A DNA stretch of 63,853 bases, filler included, from Octopus bimaculoides (GCF_001194135.2; 7 parts of 6 records of this genome joined end to end with filler, not necessarily neighbours in it); one strand, 5' to 3'. Counted from the first letter of the whole stretch, positions 25,376 through 38,470 are shown. The notes: generated from the letters alone by a model not told the origin. Numbers and translations: made by a program.

Positions 25376-25700
25376 TATGAGGGTCGACTGAAATGTTCAT
25401 AACCTGAGCAAGACACTCTCATGGAATGTGACCAAATGAAGTTCATTTTTTAATATAGTTCCTCTTACTGTCCACACACTTCCATCAGTAGTTGCAGTGC
25501 CTGGATCGCACTGGTGAAGAAGCTATCCTGTTGGTCAAAATAGTCATGAACTACCGATAAGACGTCTTCATCACATTGATACTGATGCCCAGTTTTTCTG
25601 GACAGTTGGTCTTGTTAGTCTTTCATAACTGCCTTAGCAAGTTTGCATTGAATTGTCCATTGATGCTGTGATCATTTTCAAGATAGTCAATAAACACAAT
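25376..25700 (-). mobile_element. mariner transposon 3' remnant
   Basis: TIR tatgagggtcgactgaaatgttcataacc. Minus-strand translation DEDVLSVVHDYFDQQDSFFTSAIQALQ resembles a mariner transposase C-terminus. Confidence 0.7.
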
Positions 25701-25999
25701 ATTAGTATAGTATATGTAATAATGTGAAGTATATTTCGTATATGAGAATGTTTAATTTCCGAAATATATCAAGCGAAACAAACATAAGCAGTAAAAATAC
25801 AAATTGCAAGTATTTCAAAATGTAGGACACTACGTGACGAAACAAAAAAGAAGGAATATAGTGCTGCTAGTGTCCCAAAGGTATGAATAATTCTGTTAGC
25901 AAAAATACATTGGTTCCTCGTGTAGCATGTACATACATGGTGATGTGTGCCGGATAAACACAAAGCATGGCGTCAAAGATCTCTGGTGACAATTCTCTC

Positions 26000-26860
26000 C
26001 TCTCTGGCTATCTCAAAAGAAATTCCTTATTCATAGACATCAGTTGGTCCAAAACAGACCACATATTTGCTGGTCTGGCAAACGGTTTGATTCAATGACT
26101 TGAAGCATCCAACTGGCAAGAAAGGGTATGGTCATGTGACCACATACAGAAACAAGGTAAAATACACCAATTGACAGCTGACTAGACAACCATATAGTAA
26201 ACATAGCATTCGCTACACCTTCATATGAGACATAGAAGAAACAAGTAACTTTCCTCTCTACAGCCACCAACCACGGAGCACCAAGTATTGCGTATAGGAA
26301 GCAAAAAATAAAAATACCCTCCATCTGGGTTACAAGAGATGGTGCACAACAAACATCTGACAAACATCTACATACGACGAGTTACAGGGTACATTGCGCT
26401 CCGGAGGGATCTTAACATCATTAACAATCTTTTACACTCTCATACAAACAGAATGGTTTAAGACTTTCACTTTCCACAGAGTATGTTTTGTCTGAGATAC
26501 TAGAAGGTGCAGCTTTTGAGCGCACAGCTCCTACTTATATTCTGAGATAACCTTCCGATATAAGAGGGGGTGCAACTCCTTCTTATAATTTAAGATAAAC
26601 CCGCAAGACTCAAACAGTCTTGGTTTTTTGTCCTTTTTTTCTGTTGTGGTATTCAGCATATCAGCAACAATGAAGTACCACCATAGCTGCAATAAATATA
26701 TGGAGAGCAACAGCCGAAGTTCTCTGCACACCAACATGTGACCACGTTCTTTGTTGAAGTGCAGCGTAATCAATTATTGTCATGATCTTTCTGGCATTGT
26801 GATGCTTAGTATAATGCACATTGACAGCAATAAAAATCTCCATGTTCGTAGCTTCAAGTA
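26000..26860 (-). mobile_element. Possible decayed LINE (RTE-like) APE endonuclease region
   Basis: Only weak, broken motifs (HG.F.V, LITLHF, TTEKKDK). Not certain. Confidence 0.35.
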
Positions 26861-26899
26861 TATGGAAGAAGCAGATTAAGCGGGAACAGTTCTAGTCCT

Positions 26900-27330
26900 C
26901 TTGGGTAATAATGGGATGAATACCATCTTGAATACAAACGGCCGAAATGAGTTTCTTCCGAATAGTTTTTGGAGATAAGTTACTCTATTGAGGGCGTAGC
27001 CTGGACATCAGAGAGGTGTTCCAGGTAGAGCTTCTAGTTTTCCAAATTGGGAGATCACAGCTCCTATACTACGGAGATGTGGTAAGAATGCCTCAGGAAA
27101 GAATCCATGGACAGGTTTTACGGACAAAATATAAAAAAACAGGAGGAATCTCCGGGGTAGACCATGAACAAGCTGTTTCGATAACATACATGCGCTCGGT
27201 TGGTCAAGTTTTGGGTTCCAGCAGGTTCAATTGGAGACGATTGCTTCTGACGGGACCTGTTGGAAGACGGGTTCAAGGACTATTCCCCCGTAACCCTTCC
27301 AGGAAGGAAACAGGTAAAAAAGATGAGTCG
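26900..27330 (+). mobile_element. RTE LINE ORF C-terminal fragment
   Basis: IQTAEMSF...IREVFQVELLVFQIGRSQLLYYGDVVRMPQERI matches the RTE SQLRWFGHVVRM motif. Confidence 0.75.
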
Positions 27331-27399
27331 AGATTTACATGCACAAATGATCCACACATAAATACATTCACCTGTGTATATTGTTCGGTAGAGAGGAAA

Positions 27400-27555
27400 A
27401 CTCGATGACACCGACTCCAGTGTTCAAGTGGTATATATTTTATTGCCCTGAAAAGATGAAAGACAGAGCTGACCCCGATAGTGTTTGAACTCAAAAGGTG
27501 AAGACGAAAGAAAGACACTTTGCCCGGTATGCTAACCACTCTGCCAGCTCGCTGC
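27400..27555 (-). mobile_element. SINE family A (degenerate)
   Basis: Minus-strand head gcagcgagctggcagagtggttagcataccgggcaaagtg. Confidence 0.75.
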
Positions 27556-27574
27556 ATCTAGTTCTGTATATATT

Positions 27575-27756
27575 CATTTCAAATTTTGGCAGAAGGACAG
27601 TAATTTCGGGGGAGGGGATAAGTCAATTATATAGGTCCCAGTGCTCAATTGATACTGGGAAGAATGAGAGGCAAATTTGAACTCAGAACATGCAGACAGA
27701 CGAAATGCCACTAAGCATTTTGCCCAGCGTGCTAACAATTCTGTCAGCTCACCGCC
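27575..27756 (-). mobile_element. SINE family A (internal deletion)
   Basis: Minus-strand head ggcggtgagctgacagaattgttagcacgctgggcaaaatgcttagtgg. Confidence 0.8.
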
Positions 27757-27801
27757 TTTATATCTGTATATGTTGATAGTCAGGTAGGTATGCACACACA
27801 C

Positions 27802-27832
<31 letters not shown>

Positions 27833-28355
27833 CACACACACACAGACACACACAGACACACACACACACAGACACACACACACACACACATACACACACA
27901 CACGCACGTATGCGCACACACACACACGCGCACACACACACACACACACACACACATCCATTATAGAGTAACGATAATTGATAGAGGGAAGAGTGTCTTC
28001 TGGGCCTCAGGAGACACGAGAGTCATTGAAATGCGGTCCTAGCTAGGTTAAGGATGTGCTTTTACCAATCTCTTTAGAAAAGACATGCTACTGTCTTATG
28101 TATGTGCATGTGTATGTATAAACTAATGATGGAAATTTGTAAACAGTGGGCATATACATTAACCATAATTAAATAAATGATTTTCAAGTTGACTTCACAT
28201 TCATACATGCTTTCAGAAATACATACATCCATGTGTATACGTGTGTGTTCGTGTGTGCGTTGATCGTGTGCGTGTGTGTGTTCATATGTGTATGTATATA
28301 TGTGCGCTTTTGTGTGTCTGTGTGTCTGTCTGTTTGTGTCTATCTGTCTGTTTGT

Positions 28356-28399
<44 letters not shown>

Positions 28400-29126
28400 A
28401 TGGTCTTAGTGTATGTGTGCCTCTGTGTGTAAGAGTCACTATATACATATAGACATTAAATATGTGTGTATATGTTTAGATGCATGCTCATTCTTCCTCT
28501 TTAGCTGGTGAAAAAGGAAATGTAGCTATGGCCCTGGTGTTATTATAATCTGATTTTAACGAGGCATGTATGCACACATATGTACTGACATACATCCCAA
28601 TTTATTTTCAAAATTTCAAGTTCCATTTTGTGGATATATATACCTTGTGTGTCAGTATATATGTGTGTAATTTCGCGAATTTTTTCTCCTTGTTTTTTTC
28701 ACATTAAATTCCGATATAATCGTAATCTATACCATATCGATCCGAACGTTGGGACAATTTGGCCAACAGTTGGAATTTAACCTGAGGCTGGAACAATAGA
28801 ATGATTGCATTAGAGAATTAATTCTCATCCATCCTTTAACGTTTGATCAAACACAAGCGTGGCGTATAATCATTATAGACACATTATTGTTATGCCACTT
28901 AGCTCTCTTTAGTTTTGTGCCACAGACCCGATTAGCCCTTCCAAAGAACCAGTCCATGAAGTGCGGCTTTTAATCTAGTCTCTAATAAAGTAAAGTAGTT
29001 GCTTCATTAATTGTCCGATAATTTTCATATAATCACTATAGCTGCAAACGCAATTTGACAATACGGCTTTGGTTATAAGTGTAAAATGTGAGACTAAGAA
29101 TGCTGTTTATGTGCAACATCTCTGTT

Positions 29127-29201
<75 letters not shown>

Positions 29202-29565
29202 TTCTTTCTCTCTTACACAGACACATACACATGCACATACACACACATACATACATACACACACACATACACACACAATCACGCACACAAACACACACAG
29301 ACTTGCTTATGGGCTTTCTTGAAGATACATTTGTCCATAAACTTCAGTTCATCTACATTGGCTGATATTTCTTCATTTCTTCCACTCGTATATCAACCCT
29401 TAAACACTGAGGTAAGTACCTTTGGTATTTAAACTATTCAAAATGAGTGACATGAAACCACTTTCNNNNNNNNNNNNNNNNNNNNNNNNNNNNNNNNNNN
29501 NNNNNNNNNNNNNNNNNNNNNNNNNNNNNNNNNNNNNNNNNNNNNNNNNNNNNNNNNNNNNNNNN

Positions 29566-32085
29566 CCTGTATATATGTGAAAGTATAGTTTCACTTTAAT
29601 AGTTTCAGTATGAAATTGAAAGTATTAAAATGAAAGTATCTGGCATTACAGTAGCGACATGTTATTGTTTCACTTTTGACACGTAATACTGAAGTAGTGG
29701 AATAGTTTCAGTATGAAAGTGAAAGTATCTGACATTAATAATAGTTGTGTAGTCCTGCAGCTAGTCCGTAAGTAATTTATGCTCGTTTTCAGCAATGTAC
29801 TTTGAAAGCGCCTGAGTGTCGTAAGATGTTTCACGAATGACAGCAGTGGGAAGGCTATTTGACCCTGACCTGAATGTTTGCGGCAGGCCATAGGTGGACA
29901 ATTCATTACCACTCAGTGTGGCAATTCTGTCTTCAATGTCAATGAGAGTTTTGTTGTAGACTTCATTGCTGATACCCTCCATGTGAGGATAGAGCCGTTG
30001 AACTTGCCGCTGAAAGTATTCAGCCAGTTTGTCCCTGTACTTGAGCCATAGAGTTGCAGGATCACACTGTTCGCATGTCTGTAGTTATACTGCAAACAGT
30101 GCCCTGAGACTTTTAGGTGATTCTGATAAAGCAGCCTCTCCCAAAGTTGCATCCCGTTGTGCACCATCTTCTAACAGTCCTTGTCGATAGCAGGCTTCTC
30201 TGTATGTTGTGCAGACATGTCCATGAATGGTTCTTAGGGCCTGGAAAGACGTGGGGCCTCTGACCTCATGCAGTAGTAGGCGGAGGTAGAAGCACTCTTG
30301 TTGAGTGGGATGTACTGTGTATACTCGGCCAAGGCAAGTGTCAAACTTAACGCCAGGGTATCCATGAACATTTTGACCTGCTTTCCTTGGAGTCCATTGT
30401 TTTCCATTCCAAGTGTAGTACGATGGAATCTGTGGATACAGTAACGTTTGAGCGAATGGATCCACTTGACAGAGCTTGAAGAATGCAGTGAGTGTGCTAT
30501 CCCTTGGTTGCTCTGCCTACAGAGAAGCATTAGCATCGGTGAAGTATACTCTTTGACCGTTTTCCAGGTGCACTGCCAAGCTGTTGAACGGTGGGGTGTC
30601 GTTGGTGAAGTGGAAAGCCAAAGATGCACCAGAAAGCCTCGTTGCTCCTTATGTAGCGTCCCACCTGATAGTGCGTCACCTCATCCTGGCAGTATTGTTG
30701 TTGAAGTGCAAACATTGCAGCGTCAGAACCCTTGTTCACATACTTGCAAACATACTTGATGGACTTAACGGAGTTGCAAAACTCAACGTTAATGTGGGCA
30801 TTGAAAATCTTTGACAGAAGTGGGCAGTAGGGAACAATCCATCTATTATCAACCTCGTGCTGTCCGATAGTTGCTGTGAAACCGCCGTCTTGTGGTTTTC
30901 TCCGTCTGTATGATGGATACCCATCAGCACCTGTCTGAGTTTGTTGTAGGAACTTCCTTGGAAACTTTTTTGAACATACACTGTCTTTCAAACATGGTAA
31001 GTTAATGCTGAATCCACGCCCACATGGACCATGCACCATGTTTGCTTTAACTATGTTGTATAGTACTTTGGCTAAACCTGGATCAGGAAGTTCTGCAGAG
31101 ATTATGTTGTCGAAGTCAGTTGATTTGATCTTCGTTGAAAGCCAAAGCAGGATATGAGCATGTGGAAGGCCCATTTTTTGCCATTCGATTGTGTACATGT
31201 CACATTGTATGGGTACGAAGATTTGCCCTTTTTTTAGGAGGTCCATTAGAGTAATTAATTTCAGGTGGAAAACTCGGGCGAGGAAGTCATGCCTGTCTTT
31301 AGACTTTTGACCGAAGAAGAGTTCGGCCTGAATCTCCTTCCACTTGGGATTGCATGTGAAAGTGATGAATAAGTCAGGCCTGCCGTAATGGCGGACAAAG
31401 GTCATTGCATCCTGTGTTCTTTCATGCATATATCGGGGACTTCCAGTCTTCCTTTGCTTGTTGGAGCAGCATCATTATTGATGGCATCTCGGAGATGGAT
31501 GTAGCTGTCAGAACGCAATTTTTGTTGATGTGATCTGATGAAACACAATCTCTCTGATTCCATTTTTGCGCACATATCAACTGCAAATTGATGAAACAGA
31601 TCTCGAGACTGGTGGAGGTGATTAGAGGAGTTGTTTCGTGTCATAAATCGGTATGAGTAGAAGTCCATGCAGCATACTGGCTTGTTGAGATATTCATTAC
31701 GATTTTGTGGATGTTGCTGTGGTATACCGATGTGGTAGCCATTCTCACCGTAAACAAACAGAAGTGGATACTGAAGTGTATTGTATGATCGGTTTGTTTC
31801 TGTAATTCGTTGGAGGGTGGTGTCACGTCACCTAAGCACAATGTCTCTGGGATTGTGCTGTGCACCGTGAAGGAATACAGCTATTTCATTGCATGTTTTT
31901 GAGATTCCGGTTCGAATATAAGGCAAATCTGAAAGGGTTCCCAACAGTTATTCGTAGCAGTGGTAGAGTGTTTATGAGGGGTGTGAAGTCCCCATGAATG
32001 GGTATTTGCAACTTCTAAGATGAAATTTTAGAAATATTACTTTATTTGTGTATAGTTTTGGATAAAAAAAAAACAAATGACTAAT
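29566..32085 (-). mobile_element. Helitron remnant: Rep (HUH) domain pseudogene, helicase absent
   Basis: Frameshifted ORFs 31402-31668, 30530-31429, 30085-30465 and 29761-29982 carry YGRPDLFITFTCNPKW, YTIEWQKMGLPHAHILLW, MVHGPCG, DNRWIVPY, SIKYVCKYVNKG and QECFYLRLLL. Coding sequence stops just before the PIF1 Walker A. Confidence 0.92.
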
Positions 32086-32985
32086 GTGTGTGTTTATGTG
32101 CATGTGTTTGTGTGTGTGTATGGGTGTATATATGTATAGATATCTGTATGCATGTATATATGCGTATATATATGTATATATTACATGGACATGTATATAA
32201 ATACATCTACACATGTGTATACATGTACATGTATGCATATAGATGTATATGTATATATATGTATACATGTACATGTATATATATACATCTACATGTGTAT
32301 ATATATATATACATGTACATGTATATATATACATCTATACATGTGTATACATATACATGTATGCATATACGTGTACATATACATCTATATCTATACATGT
32401 ATAAATATGCATCTCTCNNNNNNNNNNNNNNNNNNNNNNNNNNNNNNNNNNNNNNNNNNNNTTAATTAATTAANNNNNNNNNNNNNNNNNNNNNNNNNNN
32501 NNNNNNNNNNNNNNNNNCACCACTACAGAAACCTCAGCCGCAACAACGACAATTGCCCCCAAATTACCATAATAACCACCACCAACGCAACAACAACAAC
32601 CATCACCACAACAACCATCACCACAGCAATAACCACTACAACAACACCCACTGTAATAACAGCTACCACATTAACCACCACTACAGAAACCTCAGCCGCA
32701 ACAACGACAATTGCCCCCAAATTACCATAATAACCACCACAACTACCGTTACTCTAATTAGTAGTACTATATCATCACGACAACCACTACTACCATCATC
32801 ATCATCGTCATCGTCGATGTCTTCTCATAATAACCACCACCTCCACTACAACCCTAACCCAGTGCCACCACCAACCTAAGAAGTAGCCATACCACGACCA
32901 CGACCACCACCCCCACGTCTTCGCCATCGCCATCACGAACAAAGCCACTTCAATTACAACGACGCCGATGACTACCACCACCACC

Positions 32986-33031
<46 letters not shown>

Positions 33032-33769
33032 TCCCTAACACCATCCCCCATCACAAGTCCAGTTGTAAAAGACGTGCAATAAGACTATTGTGCAACCGTG
33101 TAGAAACATATATATGTGATGCCAACACACGTCAGCAGAGGGAGGTTGTAAGAAAGGTACATCAGCCAGGCCATTACACTTATATAACACACCGGTGATA
33201 TCGTTGTAATTGCATGGTGCAATTCTACAGTCTTTTGGTTCTCACTTTTAGGGGGGTGACATGGTGGTAGAGGCTGTCGATGCTATCGTTGAGACGATGC
33301 TAATATGTTGGTAGTTCAAGTGGTATTGATGGTTTTGGTGGCGGTAAGGATTGTTGTTGTTGTTGTTGTTGCTGCTGCTGCGGCTGCTGCTGCTGTCAGC
33401 TCTGGCGGAGCAAACCAATGACCTAAGAAATTCCAGCTACGATCGTCCAATTTGTCCCCATTTTACTCCCAAGACAAACCTGGAATCAAGGCATTCGTGA
33501 GAAATTTGGTCAAACGGAACAATGACTTCTTTCGGGCCTCGTGTATGATGGAACCTTCTCAAAATATCAGGTGTCCCTATTATTTGTAATTACTGACGTC
33601 ATAAGAATTTTATAAACTTTCGAGAGAGCGTGAAATAATTCTACCGGAGATGTGGGTTCGAGTCCTACGGGCAGCCTTCGACTTTTTTATTATCCAAAAA
33701 GGTTTTTCAAACCAATATTTACTTGCTATTGTTTATAGCTTTATGTGCTTCGAGATCTCCTGTTCCAAA

Positions 33770-34390
33770 ATGGTCAACAAGATGGTACTTAACCAAATAC
33801 AACCTAAGATAGACAAACAATTGTGACCAAATCAAAATGGATTCAGATCAGAACGGTCAACATCTCACATTGTCGCACTTAGAAAACTGATAGAGGGAGT
33901 TAAGAGCCGTAGCAGGAAGGTTATCATTATCTACGTAGACTTTGAAAAGGCTTTTGATTCAGTACTTAGAGAAATGATGATGAAGATACTTAAAGTATAT
34001 GATACTCCACAAAGAATTCTGAGAGCAATAAGTAAGCTGTATAAGAACACCAGAGCGAAAGTGATCACTCCTGATGAAGAAAAAATACATCGAAGACAAA
34101 GCCGGAGTATTACAAGGCGACACGCTAGCACCTTGTCTCTTCGCCATCGTTCTGGACTCTGTAATGCGTAGAACGTTCGAGGGCAAGGCAGAAGAACTGG
34201 GATTCAAACTGCATAGGCAAAGAAGTAGACGGCATCAAGCAGTAACAATATCTGGCCCAGAGACTAAGCTGATGACCTGGCATTACTAACAGAAACGACA
34301 GGTCAGGCAAAGGAGATGCCGAGTAGATTAGAGCAAGAATCAGGGAAGGTAGGATTGTACTGTAGCGCAAAGAAAACAGAGCTGCAAGTA
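33770..34390 (+). mobile_element. RTE-clade LINE RT fragment
   Basis: NQNGFRSERST, YVDFEKAFDSV, AGVLQGDTLAPCLFAIVLD and a degenerate ADDLALL. Frameshifted. Confidence 0.88.
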
Positions 34391-34594
34391 TTCTTTTCTA
34401 TCTTTTTTTTTCTACTCTAGGTACAGGGTCGGAAATTTGGGGGGAGGGGGGCCAGTCGATTAGATCGACTCCAGTACGCAACTGGTACTTAATTTATTGA
34501 GCCCTAGAACCCATACGGCAGGTTATCCAGTTTTCATGGCGTAAAAGTGACCTAAATCACAACATTACCCCTGAAGGGGTCTCTGCTCCGTTGC

Positions 34595-34797
34595 TGGGTT
34601 AGGCTAGCGATTTTGAGGGGAGAGGACAAGTCGATTACATCAACCCCTGTACTTGACTGGCATCTTATTTCGTCAACCTTGAGGGATGAAAGGCGAAGTT
34701 GACCACGGTGGGATTTGAAATCAGAACGTAAAGGGCCGGGAGAAATACCACTAAGCATTTTGCCCGATGTGCTGACGATTCTGTCAGCTTGCCGCCT
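34595..34797 (-). mobile_element. SINE family A (partial second copy at about 34425-34510)
   Basis: Minus-strand head ggcggcaagctgacagaatcgtcagcacatcgggcaaaatgcttagtgg plus the Deu-like core. Confidence 0.8.
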
Positions 34798-35363
34798 TAA
34801 CCAGATAATTATAATGTTTAAAAACTGAAATACCAAAGGCGCTGCGGAGCGTAATGTTTTAAATTGAATGGAGTTTCTTACCTTGTATCTTAATGAAACG
34901 GTTAATCCTGCAATTCATCGGAAAGCCGAGAGTTGTTAGTTGAGATCGATGAGGCAGTAATTCTTAGCTTGCAAGACCATTATCTGTAAGTCCAATATGA
35001 CCGCTATCATTATCATTATCACGATCATTATTATTTCAGCACGATCATTATCCAGTATGATCATTATCAGAAATCTCATTATCCCTAAGTCCGAGATTAT
35101 TATCTCTAAGTCCAACATGCAATTGATTATCGACTAATTTTAATGTTAAGAAAAATTTTTTGGCAATGGTGAGTATAAATCAGTGATGCAAATTTCACTG
35201 TTATTCCGCAAAAGTGAATAATTTCCTATTTATATAAGATTAATAAAATATTGAATTATATAAAAAGTTAAAGAAGTGATTTTAAATTCTCAATCGCAGA
35301 ATAATGCTAATAATATAGCCTGAACAGGATAAACTATCCCTATTTTGCAGAAAAAAGTGTAGG

Positions 35364-35439
35364 TGGCTAGCTGTGGACTCGAACTCACATCCCCGTAATT
35401 ACAAGTCACGATGCTTTGACCAATTAATCTAAACTACCC
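35364..35439 (-). pseudogene. tRNA-Thr(TGT)-like pseudogene or SINE head
   Basis: Anticodon arm CGTGA-CTTGTAA-TTACG, T-loop GTTCGAGTC, A-box-like TAGATTAATTGG and a downstream T6 tract. Acceptor stem has a mismatch and the T-stem lacks one base. Confidence 0.55.
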
Positions 35440-36189
35440 ACTACAAATTCTTCTGCAAATTAAGATATATAAATCTCGCTTTATGAGACGCTCTCCTATG
35501 TTAAATTCAAATTACGACAAACGTAAATAAACAAACGAAGTTTGCTTTTTTTTTTTTTTAGAAGTGTTGAGATGTCTTTTAGATTTAGTTTTCAACGTTC
35601 TCTCATTGTAAATAAATTAACTCAAGACGTAAGGAATCCGAAACACTGCCTTACACCTCACTAAAAGGAATTTAGTACAAAAGTAGTTCAGAGCTCGTGG
35701 TTTTATAAATCTTGAAACACTATTTTGATCCAAACGACTGAAGTATGTTGTTCCTCTAGCGAGTTATGAACAATTGCAACCTTGATTTAAAACCTCTGAT
35801 CGTAGCGAGAAGAAAAAAATGATGTGATTCGGCCCTAGTAATTTCAACCTCAGACCAGTCATGTTAGTGATGTCGACCTAAAATGCCAAGCCACATAACC
35901 ATTATTTTTGTCTCCTAATTCCATAATGAGAATTCCCTTAAAAATACATGCCGTGTTTCACTTCATCTTCCAGCGCATAGAAGATCTTGAGAATACAACC
36001 TTTCTTTAGTCGATGAACTTCACAATGCCACGATAAACCATTTATTCCGCTATGACATCACTTTTTACAACAAATTCTATCGTTCAAGCCTCAAATGATA
36101 TTACAGCGTTCTGAGTAGAGTCGCATTAGATGGCTCCACAACCTATCCATCTATAAAACATTTATATTACACAGAACGAATGAAGCATG

Positions 36190-36263
36190 GGCGAACTAAT
36201 AGTCTCAAAACAAGCATGGATGTTTAGAATAAACTTATGAAAATGCTTTGGACAGGCAAAAGG
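36190..36263 (+). mobile_element. piggyBac-type MITE end, copy 3
   Basis: aaacttatgaaaatgctttggacaggcaaaagg is the same terminus as 8651-8683. Confidence 0.65.
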
Positions 36264-36452
36264 TTGATACAAATTTTAAAAAATGAATCGCAAGCGTTAC
36301 CAACGTTGAAAATAGTTGCATTTAATTTTTAATGAAGCAACTGACAACTAACCTTCCAAAAACTTTAATTCGAACTGACTATTCATCACCAATGACAATA
36401 CTTAGCTTAAATAATAAATGTTTACATGTGGTTATTATTATTATTATTATGT

Positions 36453-36717
36453 AGAGGCGCAATGGCTCAGTGGTTAGGGCAGCGGACTTGCGGTCATAGG
36501 ATCGCGGTTTCGATTCCCAGACCGGGCGTTGTGAGTGTTTATTGAGCGAAAACACCTAAAGCTCCACGAGGCTCCGGCAGGGGATGGTGGCGAACCCTGC
36601 TGTACTCTTCCACCACAACTTTCTCTCACTCTTACTTCCTGTTTCTGTTGTGCCTGTAATTCAAAGGGCCAGCCTTGTCATTCTCTGTGTCACGCTGAAT
36701 ATCCCAGAGAACTACTT
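36453..36717 (+). mobile_element. SINE family B (cut by N-gap)
   Basis: Highly similar to 10473 and 47630 copies over about 260 bp. Confidence 0.9.
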
Positions 36718-37627
36718 NNNNNNNNNNNNNNNNNNNNNNNNNNNNNNNNNNNNNNNNNNNNNNNNNNNNNNNNNNNNNNNNNNNNNNNNNNNNNNNNNNN
36801 NNNNNNNNNNNNNNNNNNNNNNNNNNNNNNNNNNNNNNNNNNNNNNNNNNNNNNNNNNNNNNNNNNNNNNNNNNNNNNNNNNNNNNNNNNNNNNNNNNNN
36901 NNNNNNNNNNNNNNNNNNNNNNNNNNNNNNNNNNNNNNNNNNNNNNNNNNNNNNNNNNNNNNNNNNNNNNNNNNNNNNNNNNNNNNNNNNNNNNNNNNNN
37001 NNNNNNNNNNNNNNNNNNNNNNNNNNNNNNNNNNNNNNNNNNNNNNNNNNNNNNNNNNNNNNNNNNNNNNNNNNNNNNNNNNNNNNNNNNNNNNNNNNNN
37101 NNNNNNNNNNNNNNNNNNNNNNNNNNNNNNNNNNNNNNNNNNNNNNNNNNNNNNNNNNNNNNNNNNNTATACAAGCATAATTGTTGTTGTATAAAGTTAT
37201 TACAGGTATGAATAATAAGTTATCAGTTTGTACGAGTTCTGGTTATTGATTAATGACGACGTAGTATTACGGTTAATAGAAATGTATTCATCCCTCCTTG
37301 TGACGATTTTTTTTTAGCATTAAAGCTTATGTTTATTTTTTGTCTTGTTTTGTGTTTTGGTTACAACCATTTGGACGCTAAACATAGCCACTTTTTACTT
37401 CATACAATCACGTGACAACGAAGAAATCTATGCCTGGTCATTCGCTTCACTAGACATAGCAACTAAATTCCCTGAAACCACACTATGTTATTAGAGAAGT
37501 GACAGAGACTTTAGATAATATAGCCGTGGACACACCTTGAAGTTTCACGTTTGAATGCGGTTGATAGTTTTTCTGTGGTTGAGGAGTTCAGACTTCTAGC
37601 ATTGAAGCTTCCTCGTTGGATCACATT

Positions 37628-37673
<46 letters not shown>

Positions 37674-37685
37674 ATGATCAAAGGT

Positions 37686-38078
37686 TGTGTTGTTGTCGTT
37701 GGCACTCCGTCGCTTGTGACGTCGAGAGTTCCAGTTGATCCGATCAACGGAACAACCTGCTCGTGAAATTAACGTGCAAGTGGCTGAGCACTCCACAGTC
37801 ACGTGTACCCTTAACGTAGTTCTCGGGGATATTCAGCGTGACACAGTGTGACAAGGCTGACCCTTTGAATTACAGGCACAACAGAAACAGGAAGTAAGAG
37901 TGAGAGAAAGTTGTGGTGAAAGAGTACTGCAGAGTTCGCCACCACCCCCTGCCGGAGCCTCGTGGGGCTTTAGGTGTTTTCGCTCAATAAACACTCACAA
38001 CGCCCGGTCTGGGAATTGAAACCGCGATCCCATGACCGCGAGTCCGCTGCCTTAACCCCTGGGCCATTGCGTCTCCAC
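37686..38078 (-). mobile_element. SINE family B, full length
   Basis: Complete head-to-tail copy with perfect 12-bp TSD atgatcaaaggt (37674-37685 and 38079-38090). Confidence 0.92.
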
Positions 38079-38302
38079 ATGATCAAAGGTATTTTGGCAT
38101 CGACCGTCATATCCATTTAAGTGAGTAGGTCTCTAGGACTGTTTTATTTAACATGTCCATCACTTCTCTAACAAAGTAGAGTGTGATTTCAGAGAAATTT
38201 GATCGTTGTTTCTAGCAAACTGAGTGACCACGTTGCCTCATGATTGTGTATAGTTAGAAGTAGTGTTATTCCCCAACTGATTGTGATCGTAGTTATGATA
38301 GT

Positions 38303-38370
38303 GGATGGGGTCAGAGATGTAGCCATGGATGGGGTCAGAGATGTAGCCATGGATGGAGTCAGAAATGTAG
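38303..38370. repeat. 24-bp minisatellite, about 2.8 units
   Basis: Unit ggatggggtcagagatgtagccat. Confidence 0.85.
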
Positions 38371-38470
38371 GGAGAGCGAGCACACAAAAAAAAGGCGCCG
38401 TGACATACACCAAACAATTTTTTACTCATTTCTCTTATATTACGTGACATATTTCATTAGTTATACTATA

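Noticed and set aside
32518-32760. Thr-rich mucin-like reading frame
   Set aside because: Interrupted by TAA TAA in each repeat and embedded in (ACC/AAC)n low complexity.
34270-34300. CTGATGA...GAAACGAC hammerhead-like string
   Set aside because: It is the ADD motif region of the RTE reverse transcriptase, and no stems II or III form.
34881-34985. Minus-strand AG...GTAAG exon-like segment
   Set aside because: Stops in all three frames from the best acceptor, and only a short unrecognised peptide.
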